Positions 49,633 to 59,740 of a stretch of DNA of 64,000 nucleotides are shown here, piece after piece (within the stretch, counting starts at the first letter, position 1; every line of letters begins with the position of its first letter). The notes beneath the pieces are model-generated. The model did no database searches. It was not told the DNA's origin and was given only the letters and a program-made list of their open reading frames with translations. The stretch covers positions 64,001 through 128,000 of the IMG/VR virus record IMGVR_UViG_3300031555_004294; one strand, written 5' to 3'. The stretch comes from a virus (lineage: Duplodnaviria; Caudoviricetes). A program made the translations under genes and the position numbers.

Positions 49633-49658
49633 AGAATATATATTTAAACAATAAATTA
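49633..49658. promoter_or_regulatory. back-to-back early (minus, 49633-49644) and late (plus, 49647-49658) promoter motifs
   Basis: AATATATATTCT on minus; AACA-ATAAAT-TA on plus. Confidence 0.6.
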
Positions 49659-49712
49659 AGTATGTCTATATATGTATAATTTGAATGAAGAAAGGTGGTG
49701 ACTTATAGATAT

Positions 49713-51071
49713 ATGGCAAGATTAGTCGAACAAAAAATCATACATGAAAATATCTTAAGACACTTACAGAATTCTTATACCTATCAATCTAAGCGTTTAC
49801 AAGGAACACCTGTCTTTACCACATACTATAATCGTAACATTAGTGCTTCAGATCAAGATCAAATTCTTGAAACTGTTAAAGATTTATTAGGCACTGAAGG
49901 ACCAGTAAAGTATAATAAAGTAAACGATTTTCCATTGTATTTGGCTGGCGAGGTTAACCCAAATTTAGAGTTTGATGAATCTTTTGGTTTAAATACTGAG
50001 GGAACTGGTGAAGCAGTAATATTACCCAACACCATTAAACCTTTTGTAGATGATTTTTTCCATGTTGACTATATGGATGAAAATGTTATATTCCGTATCA
50101 CTAAAGTTGAGATGGATAAGATCAACGGACAAAAATTCTACAAAATTGAATATGAACTTTCTCATCATCTTGTAGAAGAAACTGAGGAAAAGGTAGAAAC
50201 AGAATATTCTGTAGAGTATGACAATATAGGAACTAAGAACAATCCTATTATAGAACAAACCAAATTTTTAACCATAGAAGCAATTAACGAGCTTTTAGTA
50301 AAGTTAAGAACTTTCTATGTCAATTCTTTCCTAAATCGTAAGTACAATGTATTTATATATCGTTACAACGATAAGAACATTTACAATGAGTTTCTAATTC
50401 GTTTTCTTATCGATAACAAAATTCTTGAAAATACTCAAAGAAAATTTTTAGGAAGTTACTACGTTCAAGATATTTTTGTAGATTCACCTACTTTCTATGA
50501 AGTTTACGAAAAGACTCTTTACAAAGCGTTGGAAGAAGATGATATAAGTTACTTTAAGTTTGAAGATATGGTAACAATGGAAATTGTCAAGAATGATAAA
50601 TCTAATCCATTTAGTTTAGACTATAATGAGTATTATAGAGTTTGTTATGTACCTTCATCTGTAAGTACTCAACATCAAACTGTAAGTAACCTTGATCGGA
50701 CTTACGAAAACTATAAAAATAATGTAACCATTTCATTATCATATGACGACGTTTTTGGTAGATTAGGAAATACAAATTATGGTTTCATTGAGAAAGCTGA
50801 TCCTGAACATTTAGTGAGACACAACTACATTATGCCAGAAAACTCTCAATTTGTTATCAACTGCAATAGTGGAATTTTATTCGATGATAACAGAGAATAT
50901 TTTCTTGAGAATTTACTGATAAAATATTTTAACAAAACATTAGTAATCGATAATGAATTGATAGAACAACTTAGTAAACATAATTTCTATCCAACGTTTA
51001 GAGAATTTCTTTTAGTACCATGTTTGATTTTTATCTTGAAAAAAGAAATAACTCTTTTAACAAATTCATAA
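49713..51071 (+). CDS. putative virion structural protein (neck/head-closure-like N-terminus)
   Basis: Late-type motif; beta-rich N-terminal domain (IKPFVDDFF...FRITKV). Confidence 0.5.
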   Translation: MARLVEQKIIHENILRHLQNSYTYQSKRLQGTPVFTTYYNRNISASDQDQILETVKDLLGTEGPVKYNKVNDFPLYLAGEVNPNLEFDESFGLNTEGTGEAVILPNTIKPFVDDFFHVDYMDENVIFRITKVEMDKINGQKFYKIEYELSHHLVEETEEKVETEYSVEYDNIGTKNNPIIEQTKFLTIEAINELLVKLRTFYVNSFLNRKYNVFIYRYNDKNIYNEFLIRFLIDNKILENTQRKFLGSYYVQDIFVDSPTFYEVYEKTLYKALEEDDISYFKFEDMVTMEIVKNDKSNPFSLDYNEYYRVCYVPSSVSTQHQTVSNLDRTYENYKNNVTISLSYDDVFGRLGNTNYGFIEKADPEHLVRHNYIMPENSQFVINCNSGILFDDNREYFLENLLIKYFNKTLVIDNELIEQLSKHNFYPTFREFLLVPCLIFILKKEITLLTNS

Positions 51072-51122
51072 AATTAACAGAAAAAAATTGAATTTTCTTT
51101 TGAAAGGAGGAACTTTGTTCCA

Positions 51123-52034
51123 ATGTTAGACAATATTTCTAAACAAATCAATACAGAACTTCAGAAAGAACAAGATCATAAAGATTTTTACGAGCTTATT
51201 CATGAAGATGTCGAGTTTGATAATTTTATTGATGATAAATTTTTAAATCTTAACGAGAATGGAGTGAGTAACAAAATGCTTAAAAATGAAATGCCCTTTT
51301 TATTCATTGAGGATACCGTAGTTGATGATGAACTAGTCACCAATCTCCAAAATGAAGTAGAGTATGAAGACAATTACGAGAAGAAGCCCATTACTGATAA
51401 TGACACTACCACTAAGCTGCAGGATCCTGCTGACTATAAGGATGAGTTTACTGCAAAGTATGCTAGTGACGTTGAAGTAAATACTAAGCTTGACAAGGAA
51501 GTCGAGTATAATGACACTCAGAAGACTCCTGTTAACATTGATGAGTTTAGTAACGAAGCTGCAGAGCTTTTATTTGAAATGGGTGACCTTTTAGGTGCTC
51601 TTGAACTACTAGAAGAAGCTGAGTGTGATATGACTGTCCCTAATCAGGTTAAGTGTCCCGATGAAGGTGAAACTATTCCTCAAGCAGATGAAGCTAAAGT
51701 AGGTGACACTGAAGATCCTGATATGCCCGAAGGTGTAGTCATGGAAGCTGAAGAGACTCAGGCTGCTGATGATGGTGCAGAAGATGTAGAGTCCGATACT
51801 GATGTAGAGGCTGCTGATGATGAAGCTTCTCTTGATGAAGATTTCTTTGCTTTATTTGAGTCTTCCGATGAAGATTGTGAAGATGAAGATAATGATGATG
51901 AAGACGAGGATGAAGAAGAAAAGGATTCTGATTCTGAAGGTAAAGAAGAAGATGAAGATAAGGATGATGAAGACGAGGATGAAGAAGATGGTAAGAAGTC
52001 TGAGTCCTTTAGCATTCTGGATTTATTTGCATAA
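51123..52034 (+). CDS. highly acidic putative scaffold/head protein
   Basis: AGGAGG RBS; D/E-rich; repeated hydrophobic-x-E motifs. Confidence 0.6.
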   Translation: MLDNISKQINTELQKEQDHKDFYELIHEDVEFDNFIDDKFLNLNENGVSNKMLKNEMPFLFIEDTVVDDELVTNLQNEVEYEDNYEKKPITDNDTTTKLQDPADYKDEFTAKYASDVEVNTKLDKEVEYNDTQKTPVNIDEFSNEAAELLFEMGDLLGALELLEEAECDMTVPNQVKCPDEGETIPQADEAKVGDTEDPDMPEGVVMEAEETQAADDGAEDVESDTDVEAADDEASLDEDFFALFESSDEDCEDEDNDDEDEDEEEKDSDSEGKEEDEDKDDEDEDEEDGKKSESFSILDLFA

Positions 52035-52187
52035 TTTTTTATAAACTTTTACAAATTTTTAACATTGTATTAAAATTTTCTAAAACATAATTAGTAGACG
52101 AATTATATTTTTTGAAAAAGAAATATAAGTAAAAATTGCAATAAAAGTGAATATAAAATTTAGTAAGAAAGTGCAGGTGTAAAGAAC

Positions 52188-52688
52188 TTGTCTAGAGTTA
52201 AAGTAACTATTAACAAGAGAGGTAATATTCCTAGTCTTGGTCCTGGTCCTATCAGAAGACCTATTCTTATTACAGAGGAATTATATCAACACCTAGTAGC
52301 CTTAGGCTATCCAGTTACAGTTATAAATCCTCCAATTAAACCTGTTATTAAGAATGCTCCTGTTACTAAACATGACGATGAGGTTACAGAAACCGTTGCA
52401 GAAGTTCAAATAGAACCTGCTGTAGAAGCTGTTGCAGAAGCTGTAACTGAAGAAGTTGTGGAAGACACAGTAATGGAGGAAGAGGAAATTACCGAGTCTG
52501 AAGAAGTTGTTGAAATTGTAGAAAATGATCCAGATCTTAGTGCTGGTAGTTTTTATACTGAAGATTTTCTAACTTCTAAAGCATTATGTAAAAAAATTTT
52601 AGCTAGCCGTGAAGTTCAATACGACAGTAACGCATCTTGGGCATTACTAAAACAGTTAGTTTTAGATTCTAATCCTGTAGTTGAGTGA
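52188..52688 (+). CDS. hypothetical late protein
   Basis: TTG start after GCAGGTG; AACA-N6-TA at 52061-52072. Confidence 0.6.
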   Translation: MSRVKVTINKRGNIPSLGPGPIRRPILITEELYQHLVALGYPVTVINPPIKPVIKNAPVTKHDDEVTETVAEVQIEPAVEAVAEAVTEEVVEDTVMEEEEITESEEVVEIVENDPDLSAGSFYTEDFLTSKALCKKILASREVQYDSNASWALLKQLVLDSNPVVE

Positions 52689-52719
52689 TTTTTGTATTGA
52701 AAGCTAATAGTGTGAAGAA

Positions 52720-52766
52720 AAAAAAAGACTATATACCAAAAAGGTATATAGTCTTTTTTCTTTTTT
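52720..52766. terminator. bidirectional terminator
   Basis: A-run-GACTATATACC-loop-GGTATATAGTC-T-run between convergent genes. Confidence 0.8.
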
Positions 52767-53391
52767 AATCCTTATCTCTAATAGTAAGGTCTGGTTCTAC
52801 ATTAAGTATATTGCACCAAGATTCAAAAGTCTTCCAGTTCATATTAGGTCTAGTAGATAGACCGTAGAATAAATTATACCCTGCATTATCATTTTCTACA
52901 GCATCATAAATGTCAGCCATAGTTAAGGAGATTGAATTGATTTTTTCCTTGATAATTCTTACCATTGGGTCATCATCTGTATAAATTGTAAAGTTTAGTA
53001 CTTCATCACGCTTAATGCGCTTGTTATTATCTAATTTTCTTTTTTCTTTAGTCGCAGGTTTCTTAACAGTTTCTTTTTTCTTTTCTTTACTAGGAACATC
53101 CATTTTTCGAATGTTGCTAAGTAAAGAAGACAATGAGTTATTTTCATTGTTCTTTACAATGTTATCTTTTGTTAATTCTGATTTTCCTACAGTTACAAAT
53201 GTTCCTTCTTCTTTTAAATATAAACCAGGTAATTTAGGTTGTTTAGTCTTTAGATACTTGCCACGATAAATGTAAATTTGGTCGTTAACCATATATGCAT
53301 CATTCTTAACTACCGAATACTCATCAAATTCGGTATGTAGTTTTATAAACTTATCATTGACCTTGATGTATTGAATTTGTTGCATAAACAA
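52765..53391 (-). CDS. hypothetical protein, possible C-terminal HTH
   Basis: 208 aa; C-terminus MNWKTFESWCNILNVE resembles XRE-type ends. Confidence 0.5.
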   Translation of the reverse strand: MFMQQIQYIKVNDKFIKLHTEFDEYSVVKNDAYMVNDQIYIYRGKYLKTKQPKLPGLYLKEEGTFVTVGKSELTKDNIVKNNENNSLSSLLSNIRKMDVPSKEKKKETVKKPATKEKRKLDNNKRIKRDEVLNFTIYTDDDPMVRIIKEKINSISLTMADIYDAVENDNAGYNLFYGLSTRPNMNWKTFESWCNILNVEPDLTIRDKD

Positions 53392-53412
53392 TTATACCCT
53401 TTCTTATAAATT

Positions 53413-54174
53413 TTATTCCTCGTCATTTTCTTCTTCATTGTTTCTGTTAATTCTCTTAAAATTTCTTTTTGGTTTGCTATTAAGTTTTCCACCACTACCA
53501 GTAGTGTATTCTGTGGGTAACATTTCTTGGTTTTCTAATTCTAAAGCATAAGCAATTTGTTGCATATATGCCATTTGCTTTAGATGTTGTGAAGATGACA
53601 GTAAGTTAAAATTATTCAAAAAGTAAGTTATACCTTGCAAGTTTTCGTCAGTTATAGTTGTATAAAAAGCTTCATCATTGAAAACTATGGTAACTGCTTT
53701 TTCATATTTATGACTTACTGCATCTTCATCATAATTGACATTATAAATCATCTTTATTGAATGGTTATTCACCAATCCATTGATATCTACAACAAAGGTT
53801 TCATATTCTGGTTTTAAAGTGATGATACCTTCTTCTTTGTCTTCATAAAAAGCTTCATCTAGATGTTCTAACATAGTGTTAAAACCATTTCTGATTTTCT
53901 GTATGTGTTGATAAGAACTATAGATTTCTACAGAACTATTATTCTCATCATTCTTACAGTTAAATACTAGAAAATCTGAACTTTCCATATAAAGGCTCCC
54001 AAGATACTTATAATTGTCATACTTGTTGCTTTTATAAACGTTTTCTTTAAAACAATCTATACGAAACCCATTCTTAGAATTTCTTCGTCCTAAAACAACT
54101 GTGTTTTTGATAATAAAATTTTTTGCTGGTCGTAAAATCAATTCTTCTATCTTCTCTAGATTACCGAAATTCAT
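53413..54174 (-). CDS. hypothetical protein
   Basis: 253 aa, AAGGA RBS. Confidence 0.65.
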   Translation of the reverse strand: MNFGNLEKIEELILRPAKNFIIKNTVVLGRRNSKNGFRIDCFKENVYKSNKYDNYKYLGSLYMESSDFLVFNCKNDENNSSVEIYSSYQHIQKIRNGFNTMLEHLDEAFYEDKEEGIITLKPEYETFVVDINGLVNNHSIKMIYNVNYDEDAVSHKYEKAVTIVFNDEAFYTTITDENLQGITYFLNNFNLLSSSQHLKQMAYMQQIAYALELENQEMLPTEYTTGSGGKLNSKPKRNFKRINRNNEEENDEE

Positions 54175-54216
54175 AACTATTTCCTTTCTTTACATGCACT
54201 TTCGTAATACTTTGTT

Positions 54217-55734
54217 TTATTTTTTGTCGTTTAAAACAAAGCATTTTTTAGCAACTTTTTGCATAAATCTGTTACGTATTTTACTATGATTTCGGCATTG
54301 CTTGAAACCGTTATCTGTTAGCTGAATGAAGTACTTTTTAAGTCCTTCTTCATTTCTTAATCTACCAGATAATTGTTCCATGATAACTGTAGACGATGCA
54401 CTGACAGTGTTAATTACGATACACAAACCAACAACGTCTACACCTTTACCAAATCCTTTTAAAGTAGTTAGGATTAATTGATTGTCCAATTCTTTATCTC
54501 TAGTAGATTTTGGAACTAAACCACAGAATCTACCAACTTTTACTTTCTTAGCTTTCTTAGTTTCACTGTTTACAAATACTGATTTTGAAAAATCTTCATA
54601 CAATTTTTCTATCATGTTGTTACAGTTTACTACGATTGCTACTTTTTGTTCTGGATCTTTAGTCCATAGGTCATTTAGCAACGCTTTCAACATCTTGAAA
54701 TACTGACTGTATTTTGTCGGTGTTAATAGATAGTCGTTATAGGCATTGCTATCAAATCCATGAGCATTTGACATAGTAAGTTCTTGATATTCTGTTGGAT
54801 GAGAATTCCACAAATACTCAATATATCGAATGTATTTCTCATTTCTAGATTCTGTAAGTCCAAATGTAATTACACCATCGAATAAGTTACTGTAAACTTC
54901 TTGTTCAGCATAATTACTTCTAGCAGGTGTAGCGGTTAGGTAAATGGTATTCTTGACATCCGTGTTAATGTCAATGTAGAAAATATTTCTCCACTCTATA
55001 TGAGCTTCGTCAAATATTTTATCACCTATACCTAATTTTTGGAAAAGATCATTTAGTAGACTCCAATTTCCATTGCAATAAGCATCTAAAGTTCTATGAC
55101 TTGCTAAGTAAACTTTATAAGGATTGTTAGTCTGTTTCATTAACTTTCTGATAGTAGAGCTACCAGAGATTGTAAACATTTCTTCATCTTTGATATTGGT
55201 AAACTTCTTAAAAGAGTCCTTCCATTGTTGAAGGATTTTATCGTTATCAACTATAACAATTGGAATTCTACCTGACTTGGTGACATAATTGATCGCAGTA
55301 TAGGTTTTGCCATCACCTGGCTTTAAACATAAGAATCTTTGGGTTTCATTTTTTAACTCTTTAAAATTACCTTTACTGGTAAGATAGTCGATACTTTCTC
55401 GCTGGATATCACTTCTAGGATCCACTGTTAGTTCTAACTTCATATACTTACATGGTTTACCAGAAGTATCATACTCTAAAGTATGATTAGGAAAGTAATA
55501 CATTAACGTACTAAGCTTGATACCTTTATGGATGTAAAGAATTTCATTTTCTTCATCTTCTTCATAAGCAGACCAAGTAATATAGTTACCACCATTTTTA
55601 GTTTTTTGCCATACGGAAAGCTTATTTTTAAGTTTGACATGATTGCCATTCTTGTAGTTATGAATTGCTATACTAGATGTTAGTACTTTTATGACATCCA
55701 AAATTTTTCCCTCTCTTTCTGATAGATTTTTCAT
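54217..55734 (-). CDS. superfamily 2 (UvsW-like) DEAH helicase
   Basis: PGDGKT, IFDEAH, LTATP, GKGVDV and EQLSGRLR motifs. Confidence 0.9.
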   Translation of the reverse strand: MKNLSEREGKILDVIKVLTSSIAIHNYKNGNHVKLKNKLSVWQKTKNGGNYITWSAYEEDEENEILYIHKGIKLSTLMYYFPNHTLEYDTSGKPCKYMKLELTVDPRSDIQRESIDYLTSKGNFKELKNETQRFLCLKPGDGKTYTAINYVTKSGRIPIVIVDNDKILQQWKDSFKKFTNIKDEEMFTISGSSTIRKLMKQTNNPYKVYLASHRTLDAYCNGNWSLLNDLFQKLGIGDKIFDEAHIEWRNIFYIDINTDVKNTIYLTATPARSNYAEQEVYSNLFDGVITFGLTESRNEKYIRYIEYLWNSHPTEYQELTMSNAHGFDSNAYNDYLLTPTKYSQYFKMLKALLNDLWTKDPEQKVAIVVNCNNMIEKLYEDFSKSVFVNSETKKAKKVKVGRFCGLVPKSTRDKELDNQLILTTLKGFGKGVDVVGLCIVINTVSASSTVIMEQLSGRLRNEEGLKKYFIQLTDNGFKQCRNHSKIRNRFMQKVAKKCFVLNDKK

Positions 55735-55771
55735 GTGTATAATATATATTTCAAGTTTTTTTTAATAAAAA

Positions 55772-55819
55772 AAAAGTTCGAGCCTATGGAAATAATATCC
55801 ATAGGCTCGTTAAGTTTTA
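55772..55819 (-). repeat. terminator-hairpin direct repeat copy 1 (copy 2 at 56402-56450)
   Basis: AAAAGTTYGAGCCTATGGAAATAATATCC(C)ATAGGCTCGTTAAGTTTTA occurs twice. Confidence 0.9.
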
Positions 55820-55870
55820 ATTACTTGTCGTACTTATATTTTCTATGAAAAATTTTTATTTTTAATAAAA

Positions 55871-56380
55871 TTAGTCATCTTGTTTAAATTCTATTAAAAT
55901 TCTAGACCTATTATTAAAAAACTCTTCATCTTTAAAAATATCTTTTATAACTTCTGGTTTTATAAGTCCAAACATGTCGTCTGTTAAGTCATGGTCGCGG
56001 CCAAAAAAGATAAATTTCCCACAATCAGATATTTTATTGAATGTATCATATAATTTCTCATATAATTTCTGTTTATCATCATCAGTTCCATGAAAATAAG
56101 GAAATGTAACATATAATATTGAACCCACCCAAGTGTCATAATTTATATTGACTATTTTAAAACCAATTTTTCTTTTTGTCTTTTTATAAAATTCTCTGAA
56201 GTACGGAATAGATTCTCTACATGTAGTGATGTATGAAAATGGATTACTATGCATGGCTGTGACATTTTCATTTATAGTTTCCCCAAGGTAATATTCGGGA
56301 AAAATATTACATATTTTTTCAATTTTTTGGTCATCATTTAAAGTCGTATCTCTCAATATTTCTTTTAAATAAGTTTTCAT
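55871..56380 (-). CDS. hypothetical protein flanked by direct repeats
   Basis: 169 aa, AAGGA RBS. Confidence 0.65.
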   Translation of the reverse strand: MKTYLKEILRDTTLNDDQKIEKICNIFPEYYLGETINENVTAMHSNPFSYITTCRESIPYFREFYKKTKRKIGFKIVNINYDTWVGSILYVTFPYFHGTDDDKQKLYEKLYDTFNKISDCGKFIFFGRDHDLTDDMFGLIKPEVIKDIFKDEEFFNNRSRILIEFKQDD

Positions 56381-56447
56381 TTCAATATTCCATCCTTTTA
56401 TAAAAGTTTGAGCCTATGGAAATAATATCCCATAGGCTCGTTAAGTT

Positions 56448-56789
56448 TTATATCCATACTTTATGTTCTTTAAAGATTAGGGTTTTCCTATAATGGTCTG
56501 GTAGTAAACCATTACAAAGAGGACAATAGTATCTGTAACCCTGTTTTGTTTTGGTTTTATCAGGTTCAGTAGAAATAGAAAGTCCATATGTATTCCATGT
56601 TTCAAATTTTTCTTCTGCTTCACCTATGTAAAAGAATTTATAACAGCAACCACATTGATAGAGATTTTCTTTTACTTGTTTTCCTAGAAAATTACTCAAA
56701 TCATAGACTTTATTACGGATCTTGATTTTATCTTCAACAGATGCTTCGTCATATAATTTTTTAATTTCTTCAATTTTCTTACTTATCAT
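56448..56789 (-). CDS. zinc-binding hypothetical protein
   Basis: CGCC and CPLC motifs. Confidence 0.6.
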   Translation of the reverse strand: MISKKIEEIKKLYDEASVEDKIKIRNKVYDLSNFLGKQVKENLYQCGCCYKFFYIGEAEEKFETWNTYGLSISTEPDKTKTKQGYRYYCPLCNGLLPDHYRKTLIFKEHKVWI

Positions 56790-56959
56790 CAGTTAGCCTT
56801 TCTATTTGTCTTCTTTGGCTTAAACTTCTCACAAGCAGGTGTATCTTCATAGCATAAGAAACCAAAAGGATATCCATCATGTTCTTCCTTGCAACAAAGA
56901 TTCCAATCACCACAACCTATGAAATTTTCACAATCTTTACAAGTTTTCTGTTTATCCAT
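56789..56959 (-). CDS. 56-aa cysteine-rich protein (not in ORF track)
   Basis: MDKQKTCKDCENFIGCGDWNLCC...; TAATG and TGATG coupling to both neighbours. Confidence 0.65.
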   Translation of the reverse strand: MDKQKTCKDCENFIGCGDWNLCCKEEHDGYPFGFLCYEDTPACEKFKPKKTNRKAN

Positions 56960-57309
56960 TATTTTCGTTCCCTCACTATGTAAATCTTTCCATCTCGATC
57001 TATGATTTCATAATGTTCTTGAAACTCATTAAAGTTTACTTCATCTGAAATTGTAACTTTATACTGTGTTTCATACTCTGAAGGATTTGGTGCTACCTCA
57101 TAGCCAAATAAAAATCCAAAGGCAATGCCAACTAAAATTGATATTCCAATGAAAACAAGTAAAAATGGACCATAATCAAATTGAACTACAGAACTCATAA
57201 TGGCGAATAATACGATAGATACGAGAATAGATGTTAACCAGAACATAAACCATGAAAAAGTATATTCACTTACTACTTCAAATTGTGATAAAATTTCTAC
57301 GCCTTCCAT
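56959..57309 (-). CDS. two-TM membrane protein, paralog of 58112-58483
   Basis: Shared C-terminus VTI.D.VNFNEF.E.YEII..DG. Confidence 0.7.
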   Translation of the reverse strand: MEGVEILSQFEVVSEYTFSWFMFWLTSILVSIVLFAIMSSVVQFDYGPFLLVFIGISILVGIAFGFLFGYEVAPNPSEYETQYKVTISDEVNFNEFQEHYEIIDRDGKIYIVRERK

Positions 57310-57314
57310 TATTT

Positions 57315-57716
57315 TTATCCTTTCTTAATACTTTCTAAGATTTCTACAGCTTTCTTTAAATCAGAACAATCAAGCATTCTCTTTGTCCATTTTTCAGTTG
57401 CTTCTGTCTTTGATCTAAAGAATTCAGTACCATAGTCATCAGCTTGATAAGTTATTGTAACATTAGTTTGTAGTAGCTTAATTCTTACTTGATAGTTGCC
57501 TATAAATGTTATTTTTCCTTCATAGACCTTATCAGTAAAAATAACGTATACGTTATCATTAACTGCTAAAGGTATTCTAATCCAACCATCTTCAAGAATT
57601 CTATTAGCTAAATGTTCTGCAGTAAGTCTAACTGTTAGTTCATAATCAGGTGTATATGTGTTACAACTCATGATTAAGTCAACTAATCTTTCTTTTTCTT
57701 TATGGTTCTTACTCAT
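57315..57716 (-). CDS. hypothetical protein
   Basis: GAGG RBS, operon packing. Confidence 0.65.
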   Translation of the reverse strand: MSKNHKEKERLVDLIMSCNTYTPDYELTVRLTAEHLANRILEDGWIRIPLAVNDNVYVIFTDKVYEGKITFIGNYQVRIKLLQTNVTITYQADDYGTEFFRSKTEATEKWTKRMLDCSDLKKAVEILESIKKG

Positions 57717-57731
57717 TTAAAATACCTCTGT

Positions 57732-57968
57732 TTAGCTAAAATAGTCTCTGGTGAATCTATGTACTGTAGGATCTAAAAGATCACGGAGTCTTTTTAAACG
57801 TTCTTCTTGTTCCTTCTTTTCTTTTTCAAGAAATGCGTTTCTCTCGTCTTCAGAAAGAGATGCAAGATACTCTTCACGTTCTTTTGCTTTTCTTTCTTGT
57901 TCTTCTCTATAAGCTTTTTCTTTTTCTCTTTTTCTGTACTGTTTTACTTGCTTTCCTAATGCTTTCAT
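57732..57968 (-). CDS. small charged helical protein
   Basis: GGAG RBS, E/K/R-rich. Confidence 0.6.
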   Translation of the reverse strand: MKALGKQVKQYRKREKEKAYREEQERKAKEREEYLASLSEDERNAFLEKEKKEQEERLKRLRDLLDPTVHRFTRDYFS

Positions 57969-58119
57969 TATTAGTTTCTCCTAGTAATATTTTCATACAG
58001 TGGTCACAAATATAAGCGTCTAGTTGACACGAATAATAAACATCTACATGAGGTTTGTCACAATAATCACATGATTTATCATGTAAGACAACTTTCTTTA
58101 CAAAGCAAAGATTATTCAT
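57907..58119 (-). CDS. small zinc-finger protein
   Basis: CDYC and CDHC motifs. Confidence 0.55.
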   Translation of the reverse strand: MNNLCFVKKVVLHDKSCDYCDKPHVDVYYSCQLDAYICDHCMKILLGETNNESIRKASKTVQKKRKRKSL

Positions 58120-58483
58120 TTCGTTCTTTTACCTTAAAAAGTGATCCATCTTGCTCAATGATTTCATACTTTTCTATGAACTCATTAAAGTTAACAGTAT
58201 CATCTATAGTTACTTGATGGTACGTTGCTTTAATGTCGTTGTAATCTTGTCCAATTTTAAATTGTTCACATCCAACTGCAAATAGCATAACTGCTGCAAA
58301 TCCTATAATTAATCCAATTAAAGTTGATTCAAGAATATTTGGTGATGCCCAATTTTTACGATTAACGATTCCTATGATCAAACCAGCTAAAATACTTCCA
58401 AAGGGAAGTATATAACAGACAATGTCAGTCCATACCAAGTAACCATATTCATAGGTTGTATTAAGTATCGTTACGCCATCCAT
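58112..58483 (-). CDS. two-TM membrane protein, paralog of 56959-57309
   Basis: Shared M.GV.IL start and C-terminus. Confidence 0.7.
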   Translation of the reverse strand: MDGVTILNTTYEYGYLVWTDIVCYILPFGSILAGLIIGIVNRKNWASPNILESTLIGLIIGFAAVMLFAVGCEQFKIGQDYNDIKATYHQVTIDDTVNFNEFIEKYEIIEQDGSLFKVKERNE

Positions 58484-58484
58484 A

Positions 58485-58886
58485 TTAGTTTACCTCGTTT
58501 TCTTTAGTTTTCATTTCAATTCCGCATTCTGAACAAAACTTACAATCATTCCAGTCCCAATGTCCACATTCTGAACAATTTGCATTTCCATCTTTTTCAG
58601 AACATTCTGCTAAAATCCAAGTTCCATATTTCTTATTACTATTTGTAGGTAAAGAAATATAGTCCTCATATCTCCATTTAAAATGAACATATGCTAAACC
58701 ACAAGATGCATAGTATGGACAATCTGTAAATTTCCCATTTTCAGGTAAGTTTTTACAAATAGGACACTTGCCATTGACTTTTAAATCATCAATGGCAAGG
58801 TTCATTATAGTTTTTGCTTTTTCAAGTTCATCTGTCAGTTTCTTAATCGTATCTTTACGATTTTCAACATCATTTATTTTTGTCAT
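58485..58886 (-). CDS. zinc-ribbon protein
   Basis: CPIC, CSECG and CKFCSECG motifs. Confidence 0.65.
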   Translation of the reverse strand: MTKINDVENRKDTIKKLTDELEKAKTIMNLAIDDLKVNGKCPICKNLPENGKFTDCPYYASCGLAYVHFKWRYEDYISLPTNSNKKYGTWILAECSEKDGNANCSECGHWDWNDCKFCSECGIEMKTKENEVN

Positions 58887-58900
58887 AAGATTTCACCAAT

Positions 58901-59146
58901 TTACCACATATCATTGTCAGAGTAAGCGTTAAGATGAATAAATTCATCGTTCTCAGTAATATCTAAGAAGCTCTCATCATTGATGATTTCAATAGCTCTT
59001 TCTTTAGAAATCAGCTTCTTATTTGTCGTAGGATTACGAAAACTAAATCCATAAGTATAGCGTAGAGGTTTCTCTGTAGTTTCGATAACCTTTTTTGCCT
59101 TTTCTCTATCAAGTGTTCCATCATAAAATGACATCTTCAACAACAT
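58901..59146 (-). CDS. small hypothetical protein
   Basis: AAGGAG RBS, 81 aa. Confidence 0.65.
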   Translation of the reverse strand: MLLKMSFYDGTLDREKAKKVIETTEKPLRYTYGFSFRNPTTNKKLISKERAIEIINDESFLDITENDEFIHLNAYSDNDMW

Positions 59147-59152
59147 TTTTTT

Positions 59153-59740
59153 TTACACTCCTTTACTAATTCCTTTTAAGGTTTTTCCAATATGATTAGC
59201 ATAACCCCAGTTCATTGTTTCTGTATGAGGGTTCTTAAAAACTTTGTATGCAAAGTGCATATACTCAGCTATCGCTTTTTTATTAACTTTGCCAGTACAT
59301 CCACCAAATGCAGGGATTACCAAGTTTTTAACTTTACAATTTTCTGCCATTTTCAAGCAAGATAACATACAGTCAAAAATAACACGATCATCAATAATAG
59401 ATTCAGGTGTTCTCATTGTAGGTGTATGTATGAGTCTATACTTTCCAAAGGGAATTGCAGCAGCAGTTCCTACTACTTGATATCCAGTAAAGTAGATGTC
59501 TAACATGTTCAAAACATGAGTTTGTGCATTCTCACCTAAATAGTCAATGATAGCTTTGTCATAACCACCATCCATCAAACCAAAACTATTTGCAGGTGAT
59601 ACAATTCCGTCAATTTCTGGATGAGTGTCCATGAAATGTTTAAAATCATCATGATAAATTTCTACATCAGGTTCAAATTGAAAGACTCTAACCCACGCAT
59701 TTATCATTTCTTCATTTCTGTCAAGCAAGTAAATGTTCAT
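59153..59740 (-). CDS. macrodomain protein (ADP-ribose binding/hydrolase)
   Basis: IVSPANSFGLMDGGYDKAI, HTPTMR and IPAFGGCTG motifs. Confidence 0.88.
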   Translation of the reverse strand: MNIYLLDRNEEMINAWVRVFQFEPDVEIYHDDFKHFMDTHPEIDGIVSPANSFGLMDGGYDKAIIDYLGENAQTHVLNMLDIYFTGYQVVGTAAAIPFGKYRLIHTPTMRTPESIIDDRVIFDCMLSCLKMAENCKVKNLVIPAFGGCTGKVNKKAIAEYMHFAYKVFKNPHTETMNWGYANHIGKTLKGISKGV

